From Nitrosopumilus ureiphilus (GTDB lineage: Archaea; Thermoproteota; Nitrososphaeria; Nitrososphaerales; Nitrosopumilaceae): a stretch of 32,000 nucleotides of DNA. The stretch is from positions 591,578 through 623,577 of the forward strand of contig NZ_CP026995.1 in assembly GCF_013407185.1 (NCBI RefSeq). Direction: 5' to 3'. The notes beneath the pieces are model-generated. The model ran no database searches. It was not told where the DNA came from and saw only the letters and a program-made list of their open reading frames with translations. Positions 1 to 7,902 of the stretch are shown piece by piece. The stretch's first letter is position 1, and each line of letters starts with the position of its first letter. The position numbers were made by a program, and so were the translations under genes.

Positions 1-17
1 AACCACATAACATAGAT

Positions 18-203
18 TTGAAATCAGGCATGTCTGTAAAAATAAAATGTGATTTGTGTGAGGGTCAAATTGGAGATAAACCTCATGTTTTAAAATTTGC
101 AACTTTTGAGAGATTTTTTTGTTGTAATACCTGCAAAACACAGTATAAAGAAAAAAACAAAGGGCGAATTCAGTCAATCATAGACAAAGCAGAAGATAAA
201 TGA
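18..203 (+). CDS. small Cys-rich TRASH/zinc-ribbon-like metal-binding protein
   Basis: 61-aa ORF with C-x2-C ... FFCC-x2-C pattern (CDLCEG...ERFFCCNTCKTQY). Similar Cys layout to the N-terminus of the CopA ORF at 9503. True start may be the internal MSVKIK. Confidence 0.5.
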   Translation: MKSGMSVKIKCDLCEGQIGDKPHVLKFATFERFFCCNTCKTQYKEKNKGRIQSIIDKAEDK

Positions 204-204
204 T

Positions 205-218
205 TTTACAAATGTAAA
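205..218. promoter_or_regulatory. palindromic operator-like site TTTACAAATGTAAA (perfect)
   Basis: Perfect inverted half-sites. After a 9-nt gap comes TTATTTAT (228-235). The htrA ATG is 35 nt from the motif edge. Confidence 0.75.
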
Positions 219-252
219 ATACTATTGTTATTTATCTCATAATTTACAATCT

Positions 253-1398
253 ATGTGTATTAGATTGTTTTATTCAAATAGATCAAAGGTTTTGCTTGGA
301 GGAGTAGTTTTTAGTGTTGTTTTGCTATCGTTGGCTTCGCTGGTCATACTGCCCCCTGTATTAGCACAAGACAACTCTTACTCCTCTGAGAATCTACAAA
401 CAAGAAATGACTTTCAATCATCAGAAAAAATTTATTCATTAACTGAACTTTTTGATCGTTCTGAATTTGGAGTAGTAAGTATTACTGTTACAAAAGCATC
501 AGAGATTGGTGATTCTAACAGTGTTGGTTCAGGATTTGTATTTGACAAAAAAGGTCACATAATCACAAATAACCATGTTGTTGAAAACTCAAAGAAAATT
601 TCTGTCACGTTTATAGATGGAACTTCATATCGTGCACAAATTGTTGGCACTGATCCCTATGCGGATATCGCAGTAATCAAATTAGATGTGAGTCCTGAAA
701 AACTTTATCCTTTACCTATAGGAGATTCCTCAAGTCTTAGGGTGGGAGAAAAAATAGCTGCAATTGGAAATCCATTTGGGTTATCAGGTTCTATGACTTC
801 GGGTATTGTGAGTCAACTAGAAAGATTACTTCCAACAGGTGTTGGGTTTTCAATTCCAGATGTAATTCAAACAGACACTGCCATTAATCCTGGAAACTCA
901 GGAGGTCCTCTACTTAACATGAAAGGGGAGGTAGTAGGCATAAACACTGCGATTTATTCTAATGATGGTAGTTTCTCAGGTGTTGGGTTTTCAATTCCGT
1001 CTAACGTTGTTTTAAAAATTGTACCAATACTGATCAAAGAAGGAAGTTATCAACACCCATGGGTTGGAATATCTAGTGTAAATATTACTCCTGATATTGC
1101 AGAATTATTGAAACTTGAAGATGCAAAAGGTGTCTTGATCATGACAGTAGTAAAAGATAGTCCGGCTGACAAGGCAGGACTAGTAGGATCCTCTCAAACA
1201 GCAGTTGCAGATGATATTGAATATACAGTAGGGGGAGACATCATTTTATCAGTCGATGGAAACGAGGTAAGAAAAATTGATGACATTTTAACTCATCTGC
1301 AGCGCAATAAAATTGTGGGAGATGAATTAAATCTGGAAATACTACGTGATGGAAAAATAATTAATATCATTTTGACTCTTGAAGAAAGACCACAATAA
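253..1398 (+). CDS. htrA: HtrA/DegP-family serine protease with C-terminal PDZ domain, secreted
   Basis: N-terminal hydrophobic signal. Catalytic His (TNNHVV), Asp (DIAVIK) and Ser (GNSGGPL) motifs. PDZ-like C-terminal region. Confidence 0.93.
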   Translation: MCIRLFYSNRSKVLLGGVVFSVVLLSLASLVILPPVLAQDNSYSSENLQTRNDFQSSEKIYSLTELFDRSEFGVVSITVTKASEIGDSNSVGSGFVFDKKGHIITNNHVVENSKKISVTFIDGTSYRAQIVGTDPYADIAVIKLDVSPEKLYPLPIGDSSSLRVGEKIAAIGNPFGLSGSMTSGIVSQLERLLPTGVGFSIPDVIQTDTAINPGNSGGPLLNMKGEVVGINTAIYSNDGSFSGVGFSIPSNVVLKIVPILIKEGSYQHPWVGISSVNITPDIAELLKLEDAKGVLIMTVVKDSPADKAGLVGSSQTAVADDIEYTVGGDIILSVDGNEVRKIDDILTHLQRNKIVGDELNLEILRDGKIINIILTLEERPQ

Positions 1399-1402
1399 TA
1401 AA

Positions 1403-1949
1403 ATGACAATATTCAAGTATTCGGTTTTATTTTTTCTTGTTTTTAATTTTAATTTTTAATCCAGCTAGTGCTGAAACTGTCAAAATTCCTGAATGAGTTT
1501 TTACAGTACATGGTTTTTGGACTGATGAGAAAATTCCTGATGAAGAATTGCCACTATGCTAACTTATCTGGAGAAAAATGATGTTGTGGATCTTATTTTG
1601 CATAAAACCTATTGTGTTAAAACAAATTTTTTACTGTCTAACGCAAAATCAAAACACTGAATAATATTCATCTTGTAGTGACGGCTGGTATGTTGCAGGA
1701 TATTTTGTGCCTGTAGAGAAAGATTGTGCCGGGAAATTTATTGGAATCAACATTGATGAAGAACCACGAGAATTTAGACAAGATTTTACCGATGCCATAA
1801 AGATAAAGGACTGGGGCAAAATACTATCTGGCAATTATCTGGGTTGGTATGACTCCATTAAAGGAAAATATATTGATCTATTTGCTGGAGAAGGAAAACT
1901 AGATGAAACATTTTGTGTTACAAGTTATGACAATAAAGTTTGCCAATAG
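1403..1949 (+). pseudogene. decayed secreted-protein gene (signal peptide plus interrupted body)
   Basis: ATG at 1403 encodes a signal-like peptide (MTIFKYSVLFFLVF) that stops at 1457-1459 in a T-run. The next frame continues NPASAETVKIPE, then has TGA (1494-1496) where W would be expected (IPEW), then in-frame stops at 1560 and about 1663. Only the last ~94 codons (to 1949) stay open. Confidence 0.45.
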
Positions 1950-1950
1950 T

Positions 1951-2292
1951 CTATGATAATTTTTCCAATAATTCTTGTTTTTTTGGAATTCCAGTAAATT
2001 CTAATTTATCATCAATAACAACTCCTGGTGCTGTGAAGATGGGATATTTTTCCAAGTATTCTGGTTTTTCTGTGACATCAATTATGTCATAGAGCATGTT
2101 CATCTCATCTAACATTTGTTCTACAACTTTGCAATTTCCACAAGATGGTGTTGTCAAAATTTCAATCTTATGATTCATTTTCAAATTGTCCTGGATTGCT
2201 CTCAAATGCCCATCTGCAACTAGCACAGCAAAAATGGTATTCTTTTCCTTTGTAGGATAATTTTTCTCCCTTGTCACCAACTTCCATTCCAC
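1951..2292 (-). CDS. small thioredoxin/glutaredoxin-fold protein (CGNC active site)
   Basis: MNHKIEILTTPSCGNCKVV... has the typical small thioredoxin-fold layout. Lies 12 nt downstream of ccdA on the same strand. Start may be the internal Met at 2178. Confidence 0.75.
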   Translation of the reverse strand: MEWKLVTREKNYPTKEKNTIFAVLVADGHLRAIQDNLKMNHKIEILTTPSCGNCKVVEQMLDEMNMLYDIIDVTEKPEYLEKYPIFTAPGVVIDDKLEFTGIPKKQELLEKLS

Positions 2293-2304
2293 ATACTGGA
2301 TCTT

Positions 2305-3297
2305 TCATCTATTTGCCTCCCTTAGTCTACGAACCGAAAGTACAAAAATTGGACTTGCTATTAGTATTGCTAACAAAACTGTGAAAAAATTCTTAAAAAT
2401 CTGTACATCATTATGGCCATGTTCGTGCTCATCCATCTCAAATTCCGCTGGAATTGGAGTAATTTCAATCAAAGTATTCCACCCTTGATGGATGAATGTT
2501 TCCTCGTACCATTCATGACCCTCCGGAAGTCCATTAATGATCAAAAATGCACCTATAACTATCAGCATCCAACCAGATGCTCTCTCAATTGATTCTCGTT
2601 TAACTGTAAGACTTTTTGTTGCGTTAATTCCAATCACTGCAAGTACTGACATCAAAATCAATGGAATTGCTCTTCCAACCCCATGAACTACTCCTAATGA
2701 AGCACCTACTTCGATACTACCAGTACCAGCAATGTAAATGAGAAGCCAGTAAAATAAAGGATTAGGACATCCAACTCCTGCATTCCCTAACAGCAAACCC
2801 ATGAAAAATGATTTTGTGTATTCACCTCGCTTTTGTATAAATTTAGGAGTGCCTGAATATGATGGTAGTCTTAGAGATATAATTTTTAATTGTGATAATC
2901 CAAAAATAAAAGCAGCAATTCCTGCAATCAAAAACATGATGGTGGATGCTTGATCTAATGATGCGCTTTGCCCGATAGCTGCTATTGCTATACCATAAGA
3001 CGCAATAGTTATGGTTAATCCCAAACCAAAAAGTAAAGCCATGGACAATCCTTTCTTGTAACCTTTACCCATACTCAATGGAACAATAATGAAAACAAGT
3101 GGTAACGTACATGGTAAAACTATCATGGACAATCCCGCTACATATGCAATTACAATCCACGAAAGATATGTTGTGTGTTCTTTTCCGTCAATTGTAAAAT
3201 TTGTTCCAAACGAAAATACAATTCCAAGAAAAATTAATGAAAATAAAGCAAATGAAATAATCACCATGGATTTTTTTGCTAGTACAATTGTTGACAT
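2305..3297 (-). CDS. ccdA: CcdA/DsbD-family transmembrane thiol-disulfide electron transporter with His-rich tail
   Basis: Multi-TM protein with the two family Cys motifs (LPCTLPLV and GVGCPNPLF). C-terminal EMDEHEHGHND segment followed by one more TM. Confidence 0.85.
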   Translation of the reverse strand: MSTIVLAKKSMVIISFALFSLIFLGIVFSFGTNFTIDGKEHTTYLSWIVIAYVAGLSMIVLPCTLPLVFIIVPLSMGKGYKKGLSMALLFGLGLTITIASYGIAIAAIGQSASLDQASTIMFLIAGIAAFIFGLSQLKIISLRLPSYSGTPKFIQKRGEYTKSFFMGLLLGNAGVGCPNPLFYWLLIYIAGTGSIEVGASLGVVHGVGRAIPLILMSVLAVIGINATKSLTVKRESIERASGWMLIVIGAFLIINGLPEGHEWYEETFIHQGWNTLIEITPIPAEFEMDEHEHGHNDVQIFKNFFTVLLAILIASPIFVLSVRRLREANR

Positions 3298-3334
3298 GTT
3301 ATCATAATCCTATTTCTATACTTAACAAGTAGAC

Positions 3335-3348
3335 TTTACAAATGTAAA
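3335..3348. promoter_or_regulatory. palindromic operator-like site TTTACAAATGTAAA (perfect)
   Basis: Perfect site. On the gene (minus) side there is a 9-nt gap, then TTAAGTAT (3325-3318). The ccdA start codon is 38 nt from the motif edge. Confidence 0.75.
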
Positions 3349-3386
3349 ATAATAGTTTCTGAAATAATAGGCCCACATTAATGTCG

Positions 3387-4052
3387 TCATAGCATGGATT
3401 CAATTATTTTTTCAAATACTGAATATGGCTGTGGTCCAACAACTGTCTCTTGGAAGCCATCTGGACCTACAATGAAAAACGTAGGGGTGCCAGTAACTCC
3501 ATTATTTTGTGCCTCAGATGTGTTAAATTGTACACGTTTTTGGTATTTTGCAGAATCTAGGCAACTCACAAACATATCCATGTTTAATCCTAGATTGTAT
3601 GCATATCCCTTTAGGCTGTCTGAATTTGCCCAACCATTATCAATTGATAACTGATTTGAATACAAGAATCCGTGATAGTCCCAATATTTTCCTTGCTCTT
3701 CTGCGCAATAACTTGCAATTGATGCAGGTATGGAATCTTTTCCTAGGAATGCAATATCTACAAAAATTAGTTTAGCTTTTCCGGTCTCTATGTAATTGGT
3801 TACAATATCAGGTTTTGTATTTAGAAACCATTTTTTACAGTTTGGACATTGATAGTCTCCAAACTCAATTATTGTGATTGGTGCATTTGAAGACCCCCTG
3901 ATTGGAGAACCCAGTGAGGTGTCAATAGTACCGATTTTTCTATTCATATCAAGATTAATGTCTTCAGAATTTGTAGGAATTTGATAAAATAAAACAAGTA
4001 TCACCAATACAAGACCTATGCTAGATGCATAGATGATATGTTTAGGTTTCAA
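3387..4052 (-). CDS. DsbA-like thiol:disulfide oxidoreductase, membrane-anchored or secreted
   Basis: N-terminal TM followed by a thioredoxin-fold CxxC (FGDYQCPNCKKW). TTG start preceded by GGAGAGGG. Confidence 0.87.
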   Translation of the reverse strand: MKPKHIIYASSIGLVLVILVLFYQIPTNSEDINLDMNRKIGTIDTSLGSPIRGSSNAPITIIEFGDYQCPNCKKWFLNTKPDIVTNYIETGKAKLIFVDIAFLGKDSIPASIASYCAEEQGKYWDYHGFLYSNQLSIDNGWANSDSLKGYAYNLGLNMDMFVSCLDSAKYQKRVQFNTSEAQNNGVTGTPTFFIVGPDGFQETVVGPQPYSVFEKIIESML

Positions 4053-4114
4053 TTTATTTTACCCTCTCCAACATTCATAATATTTTAAAAACCAGCTATA
4101 CTTAATCACAGTAC

Positions 4115-4128
4115 TTTACAAATGAAAA
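4115..4128. promoter_or_regulatory. operator-like site TTTACAAATGAAAA (1 mismatch)
   Basis: One half-site mismatch. 9-nt gap, then TTAAGTAT (4105-4098) on the minus side. 63 nt from the DsbA-like start. The flank is about 80% identical to the flank of site 3335. Confidence 0.6.
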
Positions 4129-4134
4129 TGGGAT

Positions 4135-4596
4135 TTAGAATCTACTTAGCTCAACAATGATTTTTCCTTTCATCCATGGGTGAGGTTCACAGTGATAAGG
4201 TACCTCTTGAGGCTCAGTAAACAGAAACTCGTAGGAATCCCCCGGTTTTATGACGCCAATAGAACCAAAATCTCCACTGTAACTATCCGTTGTTCTGTGA
4301 TCAGGAGTTACCGTATGCGCAGCATCATCATTGTTTTGCCAAATTACTTTATTATTAATCCCCAACAGTACATTGGATGTGTTTGGAACATAGTTTTCAT
4401 TTCCTTCAATTACCGCACCGGGAACAATTTCAATTGTAAATTCTTCTTCAGGATTTAAGATATATTCAGCTACAGAGGGTTTTGCTAAAGATTCAGGAAG
4501 ATAAAATGATGTGTAAAAAACTACAGATGCAGACATGCCAATGATTACTGCAATAACTCCTATGCCATATGCATGACTCGATGATGGAGAGCTCAA
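4135..4596 (-). CDS. plastocyanin/cupredoxin-like blue copper protein, N-terminally anchored
   Basis: Type-1 Cu ligand pattern H...C-x2-H-x2-M (AAHTVTPD ... YHCEPHPWMKGKIIV). N-terminal TM. Confidence 0.88.
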   Translation of the reverse strand: MSSPSSSHAYGIGVIAVIIGMSASVVFYTSFYLPESLAKPSVAEYILNPEEEFTIEIVPGAVIEGNENYVPNTSNVLLGINNKVIWQNNDDAAHTVTPDHRTTDSYSGDFGSIGVIKPGDSYEFLFTEPQEVPYHCEPHPWMKGKIIVELSRF

Positions 4597-4635
4597 TTAC
4601 TGAATTTGTTGAAGTTGTGTATTTAATGATGATAC

Positions 4636-4649
4636 TTTACAATTGCAAA
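4636..4649. promoter_or_regulatory. operator-like site TTTACAATTGCAAA (1 mismatch)
   Basis: 9-nt gap, then TTAAATAC (4626-4619) on the minus side. The cupredoxin ATG is 40 nt from the motif edge. Confidence 0.65.
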
Positions 4650-4659
4650 TATTACAAAA

Positions 4660-5337
4660 CTAAGAACGCTTCTTAGTTAGAAACAACACTCCGACTATTA
4701 TTCCAACACCTGCTGCTATGTAAAATGGAAACAGTGCAAACACATTCTTTGCAGGATCGCCTGAAAGAATTTCTATAGTCATGCTCCCAGAGTTAACTGC
4801 CGGAGGATCAGTGGAGCCCTCCATCCCATGTACTGAATACGAATCAATTGCAAACGTGCCAATATCCAAATTGGTAACTACAATTCTTGCCCCATTATTC
4901 ACGGTAAGTCCTGCCCTGTCAGTAAATGATACGATGGACTTGGCTTGCGGATACCAGCCCCTGTCCGGAGCACTGTGAACTACGACGTATCCTTCTTTTG
5001 GAGTTTGGACTGCAACCCAAAACTTGTTGTCAGGCTGAGGTCCCATGCCAACTTCGACAAATTCATCGTGAGTCTCCTCATCATATATTCTGAGAACTGC
5101 GTTTCCGTTTGGATTTGCATATAGCAGATTGTTATCAATTGTCACCTGCCAGCTAACGGCATGAACGTCATCAAGGGATACTATTGGCGCATCTCGCAAG
5201 ACTCTGTTGAACTCATCTGCAGGAATCTCTATTGTATCAATGAGCAGTGACGGGTTTTTTACTTCTTGGGCAAATGCGGGAGTGATGAAAAGTCCTAAAA
5301 ACAATACTGCAAACAGATACTTCACAAGCAGAAACAA
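4660..5337 (-). CDS. secreted protein with C-terminal TM anchor, function unknown
   Basis: Signal peptide ending PAFAQ. C-terminal hydrophobic helix plus KKRS tail. Visibly higher GC than the neighbouring genes. Confidence 0.6.
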   Translation of the reverse strand: MFLLVKYLFAVLFLGLFITPAFAQEVKNPSLLIDTIEIPADEFNRVLRDAPIVSLDDVHAVSWQVTIDNNLLYANPNGNAVLRIYDEETHDEFVEVGMGPQPDNKFWVAVQTPKEGYVVVHSAPDRGWYPQAKSIVSFTDRAGLTVNNGARIVVTNLDIGTFAIDSYSVHGMEGSTDPPAVNSGSMTIEILSGDPAKNVFALFPFYIAAGVGIIVGVLFLTKKRS

Positions 5338-5462
5338 GTTTGATTGAATAAAAATCTAATCAACAAATGATAATGATAATAAAAATTATTTGCACTGTAA
5401 ATTTTTTCTAGTATTTTTTTGTAAAGTAACATTCAATTTTTGATATTTTGTTACTGCTTGAT

Positions 5463-5476
5463 TTTACAACTGTAAA
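5463..5476. promoter_or_regulatory. palindromic operator-like site TTTACAACTGTAAA (perfect half-sites)
   Basis: 9-nt gap, then TTAAGTAT (5486-5493) on the plus side. No tracked ORF follows before the next site at 5727. Confidence 0.6.
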
Positions 5477-5726
5477 CTATATCCATTAAGTATCTTTTAG
5501 ATTCATGTCATACATGCTTAATGACTCTGTTCGTTTCACATGTTATTGAGCAGAAATATTTTATGGGGATTTTTTATGAAATCTTAATCCTAATGGGATT
5601 TCCCCCTTCAAAATTCAGAATTTGATAATTCTTCTAACTATTTTTGAAAAACGATGTGATTAAAAATGAAATATCGTTATTTCTGATTTTATATTATAGT
5701 GTAGATTATGTGTATTAATTTAGAAT

Positions 5727-5740
5727 TTTACATTTGTAAA
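5727..5740. promoter_or_regulatory. palindromic operator-like site TTTACATTTGTAAA (perfect)
   Basis: 9-nt gap, then TTTAATAA (5750-5757). The ATG of the Met-rich protein is 43 nt from the motif edge. Extended symmetry ...TGTAAAGTAC. Confidence 0.75.
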
Positions 5741-5782
5741 GTACTTGTTTTTAATAACTAAAAATAGATAGTAAATATAGAA

Positions 5783-6496
5783 ATGGTGAACCAATCTGCA
5801 TGGATAGGAATTGCTATTGGGGTCTTTTTTGTGGGGCTTGTCATTGGATTTGGGATTTTTACAGGTACCATGAATATTGGAAATATGCCAATCCAAAACC
5901 AACAAGCAATGATGCAAGATCCACAATTTCAACAACAAATGATGAATCAATTACTAAATGATCCTGAAACCAGAAATCAAATGATGGACACTATGACACA
6001 AGATCCATCTGCCATGAGATCATGGATGGAAAATACTCAACATGTAGAGGAAATGGCCACTATAATGAGAGAGAATCATGATTTTGCTATGAGGATGATG
6101 TATACAATGATTGAAGACTCTGCTTTACGATTGCAGATGATAGGTCATATGACAGAAAATCCTGAGGCGATGCAACAAATGATGAATATGATGAATTCAG
6201 GTATGGCAAATCAGAGTATGATGGATTCTGGAATGATGATGGGCAATATGTCAGGAGGAATGATGAATTCAGGTATGATGAATCAAGACATGATGATGCA
6301 AATAATGCAAGATCCTGAAACAAGAGAAAAAATGATTCAGATAATGTCTAAACATGTATCTGAAATGCAAGAATTACTTTCTTCAGAATTACCTGATGGT
6401 GAGTTTAACACACAGATGACAGAATTGATGCAGAATCACATGAAAGAAATGCAAGTTCTAATGCCAAATCAACCAATGCATCAATCCATGAAGTAG
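5783..6496 (+). CDS. membrane-anchored, extremely Met/Gln-rich protein (candidate Cu(I)-binding)
   Basis: N-terminal TM. By hand count about 50 Met in 237 aa, in runs such as MMDSGMMMGNMSGGMMNSGMMNQDMMMQIMQ. Repeated DPETR-x-(Q/K)M motif. The exact 18-nt repeat atgatgaattcaggtatg occurs at 6188 and 6260. Confidence 0.75.
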   Translation: MVNQSAWIGIAIGVFFVGLVIGFGIFTGTMNIGNMPIQNQQAMMQDPQFQQQMMNQLLNDPETRNQMMDTMTQDPSAMRSWMENTQHVEEMATIMRENHDFAMRMMYTMIEDSALRLQMIGHMTENPEAMQQMMNMMNSGMANQSMMDSGMMMGNMSGGMMNSGMMNQDMMMQIMQDPETREKMIQIMSKHVSEMQELLSSELPDGEFNTQMTELMQNHMKEMQVLMPNQPMHQSMK

Positions 6497-6509
6497 AAGA
6501 AAAATTATC

Positions 6510-7193
6510 ATGAAGAATAGTAGAAAAACAATTTTAATTGTAATTCCTATTGGAATCTTGATTGCAATGTTTCTATCCTCATTCTTATTTCAACATTTTA
6601 TTTCAGTTCAATCTGGAAACGAACTTGATAAAGTTTCAACAAACACATCTTTTGATACGTTGTCTTCTTTTAATTCGCCCGTAATTGGTTTCTCTGATGC
6701 ACCTGTAACAATTATCGTTTTTAATGACTATCAATGCTTATCCTGTAAAACATGGTATGAAAATTCCTATGAAGATATTTCAAAAAAATTAATTGAAACG
6801 AAAAAAGCAAAAATAATATTTTTAGATTCAGAACCTGTAGGAAATGATTCTATTTTGATATCACAAGCAACATTTTGTGCGGATGAACAGGGAAAATATT
6901 CAGAATATCAAGAAGTATTGTTTTCCTCACAACAAAAAATTGATGGATGGGCAAAATCGGTTCAATTGAAGAATTTTGCAATGGATTTGAATCTGAATGT
7001 GGCGTCATTTGAGAGATGTTTAGACTCTGGAAAATATGAAAAAGATGTAATAACAAATATAGATTATGCAAAAAGTATCGGAGTAGAAAAAATTCCAATT
7101 TTCAAAATTGTTAATTTTGAAGGAAAAGAACACGTTCTCAAAGGAGGCATTTCAAGTACAGTTTTTGAAAATATTGTGGAACAATTTCAATAA
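6510..7193 (+). CDS. DsbA-like thiol:disulfide oxidoreductase
   Basis: N-terminal TM and CxxC (FNDYQCLSCKTW). Starts 13 nt after the Met-rich ORF, so probably the same operon. Confidence 0.85.
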   Translation: MKNSRKTILIVIPIGILIAMFLSSFLFQHFISVQSGNELDKVSTNTSFDTLSSFNSPVIGFSDAPVTIIVFNDYQCLSCKTWYENSYEDISKKLIETKKAKIIFLDSEPVGNDSILISQATFCADEQGKYSEYQEVLFSSQQKIDGWAKSVQLKNFAMDLNLNVASFERCLDSGKYEKDVITNIDYAKSIGVEKIPIFKIVNFEGKEHVLKGGISSTVFENIVEQFQ

Positions 7194-7213
7194 TTCGTCT
7201 TTAGGCTTTATGT

Positions 7214-7435
7214 CTACTGCCAAACACAGTTTCTTTTTTCATGTATTTCTTTTCTGGCTCTATTACCTCTAGGCGTAATTCGTAATTTTACACTACAGCA
7301 AGGACATCGAATGCCCTGATATGTGAGGAATATCTCGCATACTGGGCACAATTTTTGCCCGTTTTCATACCTGTGTCGTCCTTCATATCCTGTCGCTCTG
7401 TACTTTGTACAGACTCCTTTACATGTAGTTACCAT
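7214..7435 (-). CDS. small CPCC zinc-ribbon protein with basic tail (paralog family, copy 1)
   Basis: CKGVC...C-x2-C...CPCC followed by LRITPRGNRARK. Paralogous to 16617-16775 and 28738-28938. Confidence 0.7.
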   Translation of the reverse strand: MVTTCKGVCTKYRATGYEGRHRYENGQKLCPVCEIFLTYQGIRCPCCSVKLRITPRGNRARKEIHEKRNCVWQ

Positions 7436-7479
7436 CTTGATGTTATTTTACAATTTTTTTAGATATTTAACTAGACTAG

Positions 7480-7493
7480 ATTACATCTGTAAA
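7480..7493. promoter_or_regulatory. operator-like site ATTACATCTGTAAA (1 mismatch), bidirectional
   Basis: TATA-like boxes at a 9-nt gap on both sides (TTAAATAT on minus, 7470-7463; ATTAATAC on plus, 7503-7510). Start codons lie 45 nt (7435, minus) and 40 nt (7533, plus) away. Confidence 0.65.
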
Positions 7494-7532
7494 GTGTATC
7501 AAATTAATACATGATGATTGTAAATCATACAA

Positions 7533-7736
7533 TTGCACTTTAACAAAAAAACAAAAATGATCATTTTACTTTCATTGATTTGGTTTATTATTACACTGCC
7601 ATTGCCTTGGATAATTAACAATCCCCTTGTTTCTGAATCTTCTTTTTATACAATATTGGGAATTATCGGCATCATGTCTATTCCATTTGTTATGTTGGGA
7701 GTGGCATGGAGTCTAAAGCCTGAATTGACTACTTAA
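7533..7736 (+). CDS. small two-TM membrane protein
   Basis: Hydrophobic 67-aa ORF with a TTG start at 7533, or ATG at 7557. Confidence 0.4.
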   Translation: MHFNKKTKMIILLSLIWFIITLPLPWIINNPLVSESSFYTILGIIGIMSIPFVMLGVAWSLKPELTT

Positions 7737-7902
7737 TTAATTGAAATGACATTTGTTTCGAAGATGCATCTTTATTTTTCTCCAATTGAAATATACAAAA
7801 ATCCTTACCATTCTTCTTGATAAGAATTCTTCTCAGAATATTTTTCAATTGATTTTCATGCTTTATGTTGAAAATATTCTTCTCCTGATTCAAATTATTT
7901 TG

